Shown here piece by piece: positions 11,762 to 21,052 of a DNA stretch of 64,000 bases. The notes below the pieces were generated by a model. That model was not told the DNA's origin and did no database searches. It saw only the letters and a list, made by a program, of their open reading frames with translations. A program made the position numbers and the translations under genes. The stretch covers positions 1,728,001-1,792,000 of the forward strand of contig OY729426.1 of the NCBI GenBank assembly GCA_963422365.1, read 5' to 3'. This DNA is from Nitrospirales bacterium (GTDB lineage: Bacteria; Nitrospirota; Nitrospiria; Nitrospirales; UBA8639). Position 1 is the first letter of the stretch. Every line of letters starts with the position of its first letter.

Positions 11762-12340
11762 TTGAGGTGGCCAAGCTCTGGGGCTGACACCGGGCGGGTC
11801 GTGGCCGGGGATTCGTGTCCGGCGGCGGCAAGAGGGGGGGGGATGGCCGTGGTCGCCGAAGCCTGTCTTGCGGAATCCGGGCGAGTGATCGGCGTGCTTC
11901 CTAAGTGTATGGCAGAGCAACATTTCGCCCGGCACAACGTCTCCGCTCTTCACGTGGTTGGGTCGATGCATGCGCGTAACGCCCTCATGGCGAAGGTGGC
12001 CGAGGCCTTTATGGGGCTGCCTGGCGGATACGGTACGCCGGCAGCGTGTTGTGAAATGATCACCTGGCCACAGCGTCGGATTCAGCCGAACCCCTGTGGG
12101 CTCTTCAACGTCAAGGGCGTGTTTGAGTCGTTCCTCACCCTTGTTCGATCAGCCGCTCCTTTCCCACTTCTGCCTTCTGCCTTGTTCCTTCTGCCTTTCG
12201 TGTTTGAGTCGTTCCTCACCCTTGTTCGATCAGCCGCTGCGGGAAGGGTGTATCGCCCCGGAGCCTCGTGCGTTGGGCAGCGCAGCCTCTGCTCCGGAGA
12301 CACGGCTCGATCTGTTCGAGCCAGCCGTCACGCCGAATCC
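11762..12340 (+). pseudogene. LOG family (TIGR00730-like) remnant
   Basis: Degenerate GGMAVVAEA...GRVIGVLP...VGSMHAR...PGGYGT motifs; internal duplication plus insertion. Confidence 0.7.
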
Positions 12341-12405
12341 CGCTTGAGCCGGGCGGCTTTCTTAAGGAGAAAACAGCCCCGATTGGTTTTAGATGGACAC
12401 TGGGC

Positions 12406-13242
12406 TTAGTAGGCCGGGGGGCGCGAAAGGGGGCGGCTGGTGACCAGTTCGACAACCCGCAGGTTATCAAAGGCAAAGGCTCCTCCCCCGGTGGTCATGA
12501 GTCCGATTTGTCCGGTTGAGAAGGTCGAATCAGAGACCGAGAGGAAGAATTGGTTGTCGAACGAAATCTCAAAAAAATCTTTGCTCACAATCGTATTTCT
12601 CTGGACACGCAGAAAATGCCACAGCGTTCTTTTCTTGGGCCGCACAGCCTGTGCTTTGATCAGCGTCGGGATCCCCTCGTCAAACCGATAGACCCTGACC
12701 ATATTGCTTGCCGGGGACACGAGCACAGCATAAAAATTCTTCACGTCCTGCAGCCCCAACACCAGCCCGGCGGCCGAGGTCGGGGTGCCGCGTTTCGAGA
12801 GAATGCCCACCGAGAGATCAAGATATTCCACACGCATCGTTTCATTGATGAGCAGGTGATAGCAGCTGGGATCTCCGCATGGGGTCGCTTGGCCCAGCGC
12901 GTGGGGCCGACTCGGGGCGGTTTCGTCTGTCAGCACGGTCCAGTCCCCAGGGTACCCGTGCCCCAACGTATGCGCGGCAAACCCGAGAGGGCGCACGGCC
13001 TCTCCGTTGGTTTCAAAGTCCCATTCGGCAACCAGGGGAGGGGTATGCCGTAAGACGGCTCGAGGCAGTTCCTTCAAGGGCTCGCCCTCTTCTGCAAACA
13101 GATTAGGCATCCCCGGGCACAGCACACACACAAGGGCTGCAAGGCCGAGGCAGAACGCACGAGCCAGCCTGCCGATCCGCCAAACGCATGCAAAGAAAGG
13201 GCGATGGGAAGCCCCAGGCTGCCAGCAATCTGTGTTCTCCAT
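12406..13242 (-). CDS. Exported beta-sandwich (concanavalin/DUF1080-like) hypothetical protein; start uncertain
   Basis: Hydrophobic leader, AAGLVLGLQDVKNFY, C-terminal GQIGLMT...FDNL. Confidence 0.6.
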   Translation of the reverse strand: MENTDCWQPGASHRPFFACVWRIGRLARAFCLGLAALVCVLCPGMPNLFAEEGEPLKELPRAVLRHTPPLVAEWDFETNGEAVRPLGFAAHTLGHGYPGDWTVLTDETAPSRPHALGQATPCGDPSCYHLLINETMRVEYLDLSVGILSKRGTPTSAAGLVLGLQDVKNFYAVLVSPASNMVRVYRFDEGIPTLIKAQAVRPKKRTLWHFLRVQRNTIVSKDFFEISFDNQFFLSVSDSTFSTGQIGLMTTGGGAFAFDNLRVVELVTSRPLSRPPAY

Positions 13243-13430
13243 AAACGTCACTACCTGAGTCAAAACGTGCCCATGGGGTGCTGCCTGCAGCATACAAAAA
13301 ACTGTCTCCTGCTGCAAGGAGACAAAATGGTCCTTATCATCCAACCAGCAGAAGAGAATGGGCCTTGTGGCTGGCTTTTATTCCGCTCCTTGCCACGGGG
13401 GTATTTTATAGTCTCCCTGCTGACCTTCAG

Positions 13431-13630
13431 TGTAGCCGCACGAAAATAATTCGTGGATCTGCACGAAAATAATTGCGAGTGGGGGAGAAAAATCTTTGGG
13501 GTTGTGTTGGGGAATTGGCGGGGCAAGGGGCTGAGGTGAGGTTGCCGATGCGGACGCGCCCCGCTGCGTCGTACACTAAGATGTGAACGTCGGAGATTTC
13601 GATACACTCGCCGGAGGCCGCGAAGCGGAC
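13431..13630 (-). mobile_element. Phage relic: 3' end of a tail-tip gene plus terminal motif, a diverged copy of 39089-39335
   Basis: Direct alignment: tgtagccgcaYgaaaataat and gaggtgaggtYgccgatgcggacgcgc...gctgcgtcgta...gtcggagatttcga are shared with the 39-kb relic. Confidence 0.65.
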
Positions 13631-13760
13631 TATAATCGTGTAGCCCGACCCAGTAGCCTGTGGTGGCAGCGGGCAAGAAGTCCTGCCCGCTTGACCAATT
13701 ACCGTATGCCGCCAACCACGCTGTTAAAACATAGCCGTCAGCAGACCGACTGCTCATCGG

Positions 13761-14147
13761 TTATTTCAGCTTTTTGACGTGAGCTTTCAGGATCTCCGAA
13801 TTCTGAATGTCAGGATTGTCTGCGCCGAGGTCTTGCGCCTTTTTAAACTCTTTGGCGGCTTCCATGTGCTGATCCGACGCGTCCAAGGCAAGCGCGAGGT
13901 TGTAGTGCGCTTCCGCTGACGCCGAATCGGCTGCGACCGCCTTCGTAAAGTGCTCCACAGCCTTATCCCAATGCCCTTGGTTGTAATGCTTGATGCCTTC
14001 ACTGTTTGACGCATTGGCTTTGGAGTCAGCAGCTGTCATGAGCGCTGGGGAAGTATCGGCAACGGCCGTTCCGACTCCAAGGCCCACCATAGCAATACAT
14101 GCCATGAAAGAAGCACAAATAGTTAATCCCACGAACTGTTTCATCAC
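13761..14147 (-). CDS. Secreted tetratricopeptide-repeat protein
   Basis: Signal peptide, TPR-like GIKHYNQGHWDKAVEHFTKAV and AEAHYNLALAL; AGGAGG ribosome-binding site. Confidence 0.85.
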   Translation of the reverse strand: MMKQFVGLTICASFMACIAMVGLGVGTAVADTSPALMTAADSKANASNSEGIKHYNQGHWDKAVEHFTKAVAADSASAEAHYNLALALDASDQHMEAAKEFKKAQDLGADNPDIQNSEILKAHVKKLK

Positions 14148-14243
14148 GTAACCTCCTTTTTAAAATGTAAATGAACGCACAACGTATCATCCACCACGCA
14201 GGTGTATCGCCCTGCACCCGAAGGGAAGAAAATGGCTTAGGTT

Positions 14244-14325
14244 GTCATCTTGAGCGAAGCGAAGGTTCTGCGTTTCCAGGCATTCGGTTGTTCATTGAGA
14301 GATTCCTCGCTTCGCTCGGAATGAC
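14244..14325. repeat. REP-type inverted pair (GTCATCTTGAGCGAAGCGAAGG / CCTCGCTTCGCTCGGAATGAC)
   Basis: Two nearly complementary arms flanking about 30 bp. Confidence 0.7.
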
Positions 14326-14393
14326 TGATGTCGTTGGTTCTGTTCTTACCAATACCCGAATTGGAACGGACCATACAGTCCGTAATACGGTCT

Positions 14394-14950
14394 TCAGTAT
14401 AGGCCCTCATACGGGCCGGCGTACCAATAGGGGGTCCCCATACAAGGGAGGGCAGGAGCGCCCGTATCGGTACGTACGGAGGCTGCATGGCTTCGGGCCA
14501 CACTTTCAGGAATTTAATGGTGACCGTGGGATACGTATATTCCATTTCATCGAGCAACTCAGTCGTGGCTCCCGACACTTCCCCGACGATCGTGATTCGG
14601 GTGCCGTTTGGCACCGTAGCCGGATCCAAGAACTCGGTTTGAAACGCAAGAAAGCGGCCACGGGACTGTGAGAGGTCCATGGTCGGTGCGTGATTCCCGT
14701 CCGTGGGAAGCTGCAGGATGGTCAAGCGGGTGCGATCTTTGAGACGCGTGGCGTCCAAGACTTCACCGCTCAGGACAATGACTGTTCCCCGATGAGTCGT
14801 CGGCGCTTCTTTGACCTGGGCAAACGACGCCTTGGGGTCGATTTGCTTTTCGAGATCCAACGGGATAATGGCCGGCCCGGCACAGGCCGGAAGCAAGAAG
14901 CCCATTGCCGGAAGTACTCCACAACGGGCTGTGGACGATTTTCTCCGCAT
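14394..14950 (-). CDS. Slp family outer-membrane lipoprotein, probably frameshifted near the 3' end
   Basis: Lipobox LPAC, SRGRFLAFQTEFLDPA, ITIVGEV, EYTYPTV; the Pro/Tyr-rich tail is in another frame. Confidence 0.75.
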
Positions 14951-15899
14951 GAGAACGCATTCCGGAACAGAGTGCCTCATCATGCTGTTTAGGGTACTAT
15001 CCATTTGTCCATTTCTCAAGCCCTGAAACAATGGAGACACTTCGGCTTTCTTGAAGTCTTGTGGGTGTGGCGCATGACAACGAGCTTTAACGCAAAACAA
15101 GGACTGAGTAAGGAGCCCACTCCGGAGCTCTCAGCCAACAAGCGGTATCCGTCTTGATGCCACACGCGATTTGACCAATGGGATCAGAAACGTCAGCGCA
15201 ATAACGATAAAGACGATGGTCGTACTCGTTGCTGCCGGAGAGGTCAAGTGCTCTCTGTGAGCCTCTACGTGAGCAAATGCTGCGAGGAGGAGGATGACAC
15301 CCGTCGCCCCCCGTAACCATTGGCCCATCAGGTCCGGTTTCGGAACTGCGACAGCGATACATCAAGCGAGGCTGAGGCTGAGCCAGAAGATTGCAGGCAG
15401 AGCTGTAGCAGATATCGCACCTGTAACATTGGCCAATAGGGTAAGGGAAAGTGCTGCAGGTGTTCCCCAAAGCACGCTTGCCCAGGCTGCTTCAAGACGC
15501 AGCACAGAGCCCCCTTCACGCCGTTTGAGAAGATAAACGGTGAATCCTGACGAAATAACATAAGCGAGCACCACACAAAAAGAGCATACACGATTTTGAC
15601 CGGAAGACCACCGAACGATCCGAAATGGACTCGATAGGTTGAGGCGACGGCTTATAATTTCCAATTCTCGAATGTGCAGGGGCCGGGACGGAGACTGTCG
15701 CTTGGGTATACGATGAAATGCTAAGGGACTGGACGGATGCGTTGCATGCGCCCTCGTCTCAGACGTGACAGCATCCAGTGCACCAAAGCATGACTGGCGA
15801 AAGAGCCCCGTTCGACTGTCAGCGTGTAAGCCATGGAAAGCCTTTTCATAAAATCGTGGCGGGTGCCAGAGAATGCAAATAATAGAGTACCTAGGGCGT

Positions 15900-16452
15900 C
15901 AACGCATCCGGTTTGGTGGCAATACGCCGGTTTTTCTCACCGCATCCATCACGGTAACGAAAATGCCGGCAGCCGTGCATATTAACGCCTCGGCGACGCC
16001 GCTCGTGACGGCGTGCAGTTGACCAATCCTCTGAATGGCTATGACGCCGAAGGAATCGATCATGCTGGATGGTGCCTAATAATCCCCATAAGGGTGCAAG
16101 CGTGATGATGGTGTCCAAAAAGGGCAAGACCCCGTTTCATGTGACGGACTTCTACCATGCCGGCGGATTCCATGGCTTTCTCCGGCATGGAGGCGCGCGC
16201 GAGGATGCCTGTCGTCAAGACTCGCAGGACAGGATGAGTGTTGCCTTCGTTCAGCGACAAAGCGTCGGTGAATTTCCCTTGTGTGACGAGCTTGAGCATA
16301 TGATCGGCATGTTCGAGAGCCGGCAAGTGGTCAAAATACCATCCTCGCTCCAGAGTGATGGTAACAGCCACTAGAGAACAGACGAGAATGGGAATGATCA
16401 GCCATCCGTCGGCTATGAGAATTTCGACAAACGCCAGTGATGTTTCAATCAT
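15900..16452 (-). pseudogene. exbB: ExbB/MotA/TolQ proton channel, frameshifted
   Basis: GWLIIPILVCSLVAVTITLER, then LDTIITLAPLWGLLGT in another frame. Confidence 0.75.
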
Positions 16453-16490
16453 GAGAATGGTGAAAGATGATTATCCTTGTTTTTGTTTTG

Positions 16491-17175
16491 TTAACCTAAA
16501 GTTGATGGGGATTCGCACGATGCTGCGAATCGGGATGTTGCCGTCTTTTTCAGGGTGAAAGGTCCATCGCGTGACCGCGTCAATCGTGCCTTCTCCAAAA
16601 CTCGATGCCCGCTGCTCCGTGGCACGGTGATCTCGTTCGGTCTGCCGTTAGGCTCAACCTCCATGCGAATGAGCACCTTTCCTTCCCATTCTCCTTTTTT
16701 GGCAATTCCCGGATAGATCGGGGGCATGGTTCGTTCCAGAACCACGCGTGTCTTTAAAGGCCCTTCGGACGTCGGGACTGACCGTAATGTTTTGCCGTGG
16801 CGTCTGAAGCGACACGCGACGGGGAAGGCAACGGCGAGACTTTGGTCGAGATTCCCCTTAAGGCAGGGATGGTCATCGATGGATTGTGAATGTTGGTTGT
16901 GGTTCGTGTCGGGGGGAAGGCACTGCGGGCTACTTTCGCGAACTTTTCAGTCTTAAGGCGTCGCCGGTACGCTCATCTTGAAGGATTCGTCGTTTCAACG
17001 GTGAAGGGGATTGGCGGGGTGACGATTGGGGAATGACCTTGGCTGGCTGGGTCGGTTCAGTAGGAACACGAAGTCTCGGCGATGTCGCCGACATGGAGCA
17101 AGACGGACCACGTCCCGAATCGCAGAAAAGACGGTTCAGGATAGGGCATGATGAAGGAGGCGCTGGGAGTCATGA
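16491..17175 (-). pseudogene. tonB: TonB energy transducer remnant
   Basis: PPIYPGIAKKGEWEGKV...SSGHRVL TonB C-terminal motif; the upstream Pro-rich part is broken. Confidence 0.65.
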
Positions 17176-17314
17176 ACCGGTTTTCTTGAGCAAGTTTCAG
17201 ACCCGTTCGTCTTTCCCGCCGAGCTCGACGTATTTACGGTATTGGGCGAGGGCGCGAGCTGTCTCTTTGCGATAAAACTCATAAAATACCCCTAGTGTTC
17301 GGGATTTGGGGAAA

Positions 17315-17651
17315 ATGAGCTACGGCGTGGCATGGCGCAACCAGGAGGGCCACGTCATCGTGGACGGCACGTTCGTGCCCTTGCAGGTCCACGTCCTGGG
17401 CAGCGGAACAGGCGAGATCGGGGTGGATGTCCAGGGTCTGCACGCACCCCTGCTCTTCGCTCAACCCCCAGCCGGGCACTGGGTCGCCCAAACACTGAAC
17501 GGCCGGGCACGACACCCCGCCTTGCAAACGTCTTCCGGCGCCCCGCAGTGGGGCATCAACGCCGTCCCCCCGCATGACACGACCCGGTGGGTGGACGTGA
17601 CGCACACCGCCTCCTATAACTCCACCCCACCATTATTTTCGTTGATTCACA
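17315..17651 (+). mobile_element. Phage tail-protein relic (MSYGVAWRNQEGHVIVDG) ending in a terminal-like motif
   Basis: High GC, MSYG-type start typical of small tail proteins; reverse complement of 17632-17651 reads TGTGAATCAACGAAAATAAT. Confidence 0.5.
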
Positions 17652-17804
17652 CCAGCAGGTATTCGTGTTGGCAAGAACGAACACAGATCAAAGCTTACAA
17701 ACTTAGGGCACTCACGCAGAGTGGCTCAAGTGTACGCCGCGCCTGCCAGCGCAGATCGACACGCAGCCTTCCTCATTCGTGTTGTGCTTGATTCGGTCGG
17801 CCCT

Positions 17805-18785
17805 CTAGTCGAGGGACATGAGGGCGGGATTCCAGACTGGCTTGAATAACGTGAACACGGCGGCCCTGTCTTGATCGACCGTGATCTCTACGGCGTGCAT
17901 GTCTTCCCCGCCGTACACCTCCACGGCGGTCAGATTGCCTGCCGAACGGGGAAAGGGTTGAAAAATCCGAAACTCGTGACTGTCCCCGAAAAGCAGAAGG
18001 ACCGGTTTCCGAAATGATTTTGCCTTGATGATAAGGGTTTCGCCGAACCCCTTGAACCCTGAGGCGCGGGAAAAGGTTTCCTGCTCCGGGTCGAATCCGT
18101 CTTCGAACATGTCGGCGTGAATGGCAACCACCACGGCCTCGGCGTTCGTTGCTGTGGCCTTGTCAAATGAGTCAGCAAGCCAGACTTGGTTCGCCTGGTC
18201 ACGGGCGAAGAATTCCTGAGCCGCATTTGAATCCCGAACATCGAGCTTCGTATTGAGATTGTTGTTCGAGCCGACCACGTGCGCGGTCATAAACCACACG
18301 TCGCCGCGGCTGAACCTGCTGTTCTCAACGAATTGCTCGAAGCCGCGCATGACGTCCGCCTGGCGCTCGATGCGAATCGGATGCCTGCCGAGACTCTCGT
18401 CCGTCTGAAAATAGTGCGCACGGATAAATTGCAGTCGGTCGAGCGGGTCAAACCCTCCGGCCTGCGGGCGGTGACAATCGTTCCACTCGTTGTCTCCCGG
18501 GGTGTAGATGACGGCGGACGCGAACCTGTTCATGAACTCCCGCTGATCGAGCAGCCTCTGGTCGGAGCACGGGGTCCAGCCCGATTTGGTATCGCCGACA
18601 TGGATGGTTAAGACGGGAGATCTGCGGTTGATCTCCGCGATCAACGCCTTGAACGTGCCGTAGGCCTGTTCCGGGAAGCCATAGGGCATATCGCCCAAGG
18701 CCACAAACGTGAACTCTGCGGCTGCGGCGGCCGTTGATACGACGAACCACGCACCGACGAGGGCCATTGCAAGTCGGCTGTTCAT
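17805..18785 (-). CDS. Secreted calcineurin-like metallophosphoesterase
   Basis: Signal peptide, GDMPY, HVGDTKSG, YTPGDNEW, GDSH; ATGA overlap with the upstream gene. Confidence 0.88.
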   Translation of the reverse strand: MNSRLAMALVGAWFVVSTAAAAAEFTFVALGDMPYGFPEQAYGTFKALIAEINRRSPVLTIHVGDTKSGWTPCSDQRLLDQREFMNRFASAVIYTPGDNEWNDCHRPQAGGFDPLDRLQFIRAHYFQTDESLGRHPIRIERQADVMRGFEQFVENSRFSRGDVWFMTAHVVGSNNNLNTKLDVRDSNAAQEFFARDQANQVWLADSFDKATATNAEAVVVAIHADMFEDGFDPEQETFSRASGFKGFGETLIIKAKSFRKPVLLLFGDSHEFRIFQPFPRSAGNLTAVEVYGGEDMHAVEITVDQDRAAVFTLFKPVWNPALMSLD

Positions 18786-19114
18786 TGACCGTGGTCGACC
18801 GATCGGGGAAGGCGCCCCACTTCCAGCAGCAACGCGCCCAACTGTTTGACCCGTTCGAAATAGCCCAGTGGCTCTTCGCTTAATTCCGGAAGCACGGCCT
18901 CCAAATCGGACAGGCAATCTTCAAGAATCGTCACGCGTTGCGGATCGAGGTGGTGCTCGTCGAAGAAATAGGTGACACACCCACTGACCACCGTATCCAG
19001 AGTCATGAGTTCGCCTTCACAAGGCCCCACTGAACCGGGCCATTCCGCCGCTTGGTGCCTCTCCCACAACCGGGTCAGGTCCTGGCTGTTTTCTGGGGTC
19101 ATGGCTTCAGCCAT
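18782..19114 (-). CDS. Hypothetical protein
   Basis: 110-aa acidic ORF, overlap-coupled within the operon. Confidence 0.7.
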   Translation of the reverse strand: MAEAMTPENSQDLTRLWERHQAAEWPGSVGPCEGELMTLDTVVSGCVTYFFDEHHLDPQRVTILEDCLSDLEAVLPELSEEPLGYFERVKQLGALLLEVGRLPRSVDHGQ

Positions 19115-19535
19115 AGAGAATGAGATCCGCGGCTAAGCAGACCGCGAAGGCCAGATTCACCATTCCGCCGAACCGATGCAGCCACACCGGCCAATTGTTG
19201 ACTCGTTGCAGCATCCAATCTCGACACGACACTGGGGCCCCAAGCAAAAGACAGGCTTTGGCCACGGCGATCCCGCCACACGCCACCCACAACCAAAATC
19301 CTTTGAGATCCACCGTGCCAATCATCAGGAGCAACCCCATCAGCAGCATCACTTGTGCAATCCAAAATCGCCACCAGGGCTCCAGGAAAAATCGTTTGGC
19401 ACAGGCGAGCCCCATCGTGGGCACAATGGTCATCATCAACCCAGCCAACCCCCAAACCAAACTTGTCAACCCCATGATGATGCTTGCGAACACCCCTTCA
19501 ACACCTTTTCTTGACGATGGCTCAAATCCATCCAA
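19107..19535 (-). CDS. Small 4-TM membrane protein; start uncertain
   Basis: Hydrophobic helices; resembles the neighbouring gene. Confidence 0.7.
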   Translation of the reverse strand: MDGFEPSSRKGVEGVFASIIMGLTSLVWGLAGLMMTIVPTMGLACAKRFFLEPWWRFWIAQVMLLMGLLLMIGTVDLKGFWLWVACGGIAVAKACLLLGAPVSCRDWMLQRVNNWPVWLHRFGGMVNLAFAVCLAADLILYG

Positions 19536-19899
19536 CGCTATGGATCAACAAAATCGAGAGCGTACACAACCCCAGGCCCCAAAAACGATAATCCACCGCC
19601 TGTCGGCTCAAGCACCAATTCAACGCGGAATGGCGCGTTTCGTCATCTGACAACAGAAAAAACCCTGCCTTCGCCACCATGGCGACCCCCGTGATCATCC
19701 ATACTCCTGAGTAGGTCAGATCAGTCGCTTGCAGAAGCAGGATCATGCCCGCCACCATGCTCACCCCCGACCATTTCATAAGTGAAGGGGAGGTCAAGAG
19801 GGCTTGTTTGATCTGCCCAACGATCCACAGAGGTGCCACCAATAAGGCCAAACCATCAGCCATCCATAACCCTGCAATGGCCATCAGGAGGTAGGGCAT
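19522..19899 (-). CDS. Small 4-TM membrane protein (DUF2065-like)
   Basis: AIAGLWMADGLALLVAP N-terminus, four hydrophobic segments. Confidence 0.7.
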   Translation of the reverse strand: MPYLLMAIAGLWMADGLALLVAPLWIVGQIKQALLTSPSLMKWSGVSMVAGMILLLQATDLTYSGVWMITGVAMVAKAGFFLLSDDETRHSALNWCLSRQAVDYRFWGLGLCTLSILLIHSVGWI

Positions 19900-20080
19900 T
19901 GCTTTGACCTATCCGTCTTTTCTGTATCAGGATGGTGTAAGAGAAAACGTCACGGCAAGACTGGCATTCACCAGGTTTCAGTGTCAAGCGAGGCGCTTGC
20001 TTCACCAATGTCCCTCTGCGTATGCTGCGCAAGCGATTATCATGTGCCTGTCTTCGTTCTTGCCGCCCTGAGCATGCCAT

Positions 20081-20578
20081 ATGACCGAGCTAGCCCAACA
20101 GACGGCAAAAGCCCTCGTTCAACTTATCCCCCCGTCCGTCGCACCCGATTTCCTCGAGGAATACGGATTGGTCCTGACCACCCAGCAGGCTCAAGCCATC
20201 ACCAAAGCGCTACTTGCACTGACCATGTATTGGATGACCTGTGCCGTTCGCGTGAGTATCCCGGAACCCGTCTGCGGCCAGATGCACCGAGCTATTCGTG
20301 AGCACGTTCGTGAAAAATGGGGCAGCAGATTCGGACTGGTCCACGTCCCCATCGATCAGTTTTTTGCCGTGATGGAACGCACGCATCAGACGTGGGAGCA
20401 GGTGACCCGACAAGGCGGGGAACCCATTGCGGTCTTGAGTGACGCGGCACGGGGGCTCGAGGATGACAACGTGATTGCCTCCCAGGATCGACAAAAAATC
20501 TTGGCGGTGTTTCTTGACTTGGTGCCTATCGAAGAAATAGGGGAGCTCATCGCTGAACTGGAGGAAACCCTGAGATAG
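20081..20578 (+). CDS. Hypothetical protein
   Basis: 165-aa ORF with natural composition. Confidence 0.7.
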   Translation: MTELAQQTAKALVQLIPPSVAPDFLEEYGLVLTTQQAQAITKALLALTMYWMTCAVRVSIPEPVCGQMHRAIREHVREKWGSRFGLVHVPIDQFFAVMERTHQTWEQVTRQGGEPIAVLSDAARGLEDDNVIASQDRQKILAVFLDLVPIEEIGELIAELEETLR

Positions 20579-20665
20579 GGTTGGTTACACATTAGAGCAT
20601 AACCGAATTCTCTAACAATACACATTCTTGCAACACCCGTTTTGCCAGGTTGGCTTGACATTTCC

Positions 20666-20880
20666 TGTCATTCACACGAAACAGGCTGTGTGAAAACTCC
20701 TGAAGCTGTAGCCGGAGGGCCGCGCATCGTATGCGTCCGGGACAGGCGTCATCTAACGGCTTTTGAACAAGGCAACCAGTTTTCATACAGCCTGGAAAGC
20801 GGGGGCATCCGGAGCGGGGGTACTGCCTGTTTCCCAAGGCGGTGGATTCCGGCGGAAAATATCATTTACGCCGGAATGAC
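20666..20880. repeat. REP-like element interrupted by the MITE
   Basis: Left arm TGTCATTCACACGAAA/GCGGGGGCATCC; right arm TGGATTCCGGCG...CGCCGGAATGAC. Confidence 0.6.
20682..20794. mobile_element. 113-bp MITE with 17-bp terminal inverted repeats and a GAAA target-site duplication
   Basis: CAGGCTGTGTGAAAACT ... AGTTTTCATACAGCCTG (16/17 match); GAAA at 20678-20681 and 20795-20798. Confidence 0.8.
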
Positions 20881-21052
20881 GAAATGAAGATTCAGAATAC
20901 CAACACAACCTAGTACAATAGGTACGCCGAATGGTAAAAAGCCATAAAATGGGACGTGCAAGACATAGAATCAACGAGTTACGCAAATCCGACACTCCGA
21001 CAGCCTGAAGCACTCAAGAGATTACCCACCAACGAATGCACAACGGATCAGC

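Noticed and set aside
12118..12238. Mini-CRISPR (40-bp repeat, 41-bp spacer)
   Set aside because: The repeat is LOG coding sequence and the spacer is low-complexity
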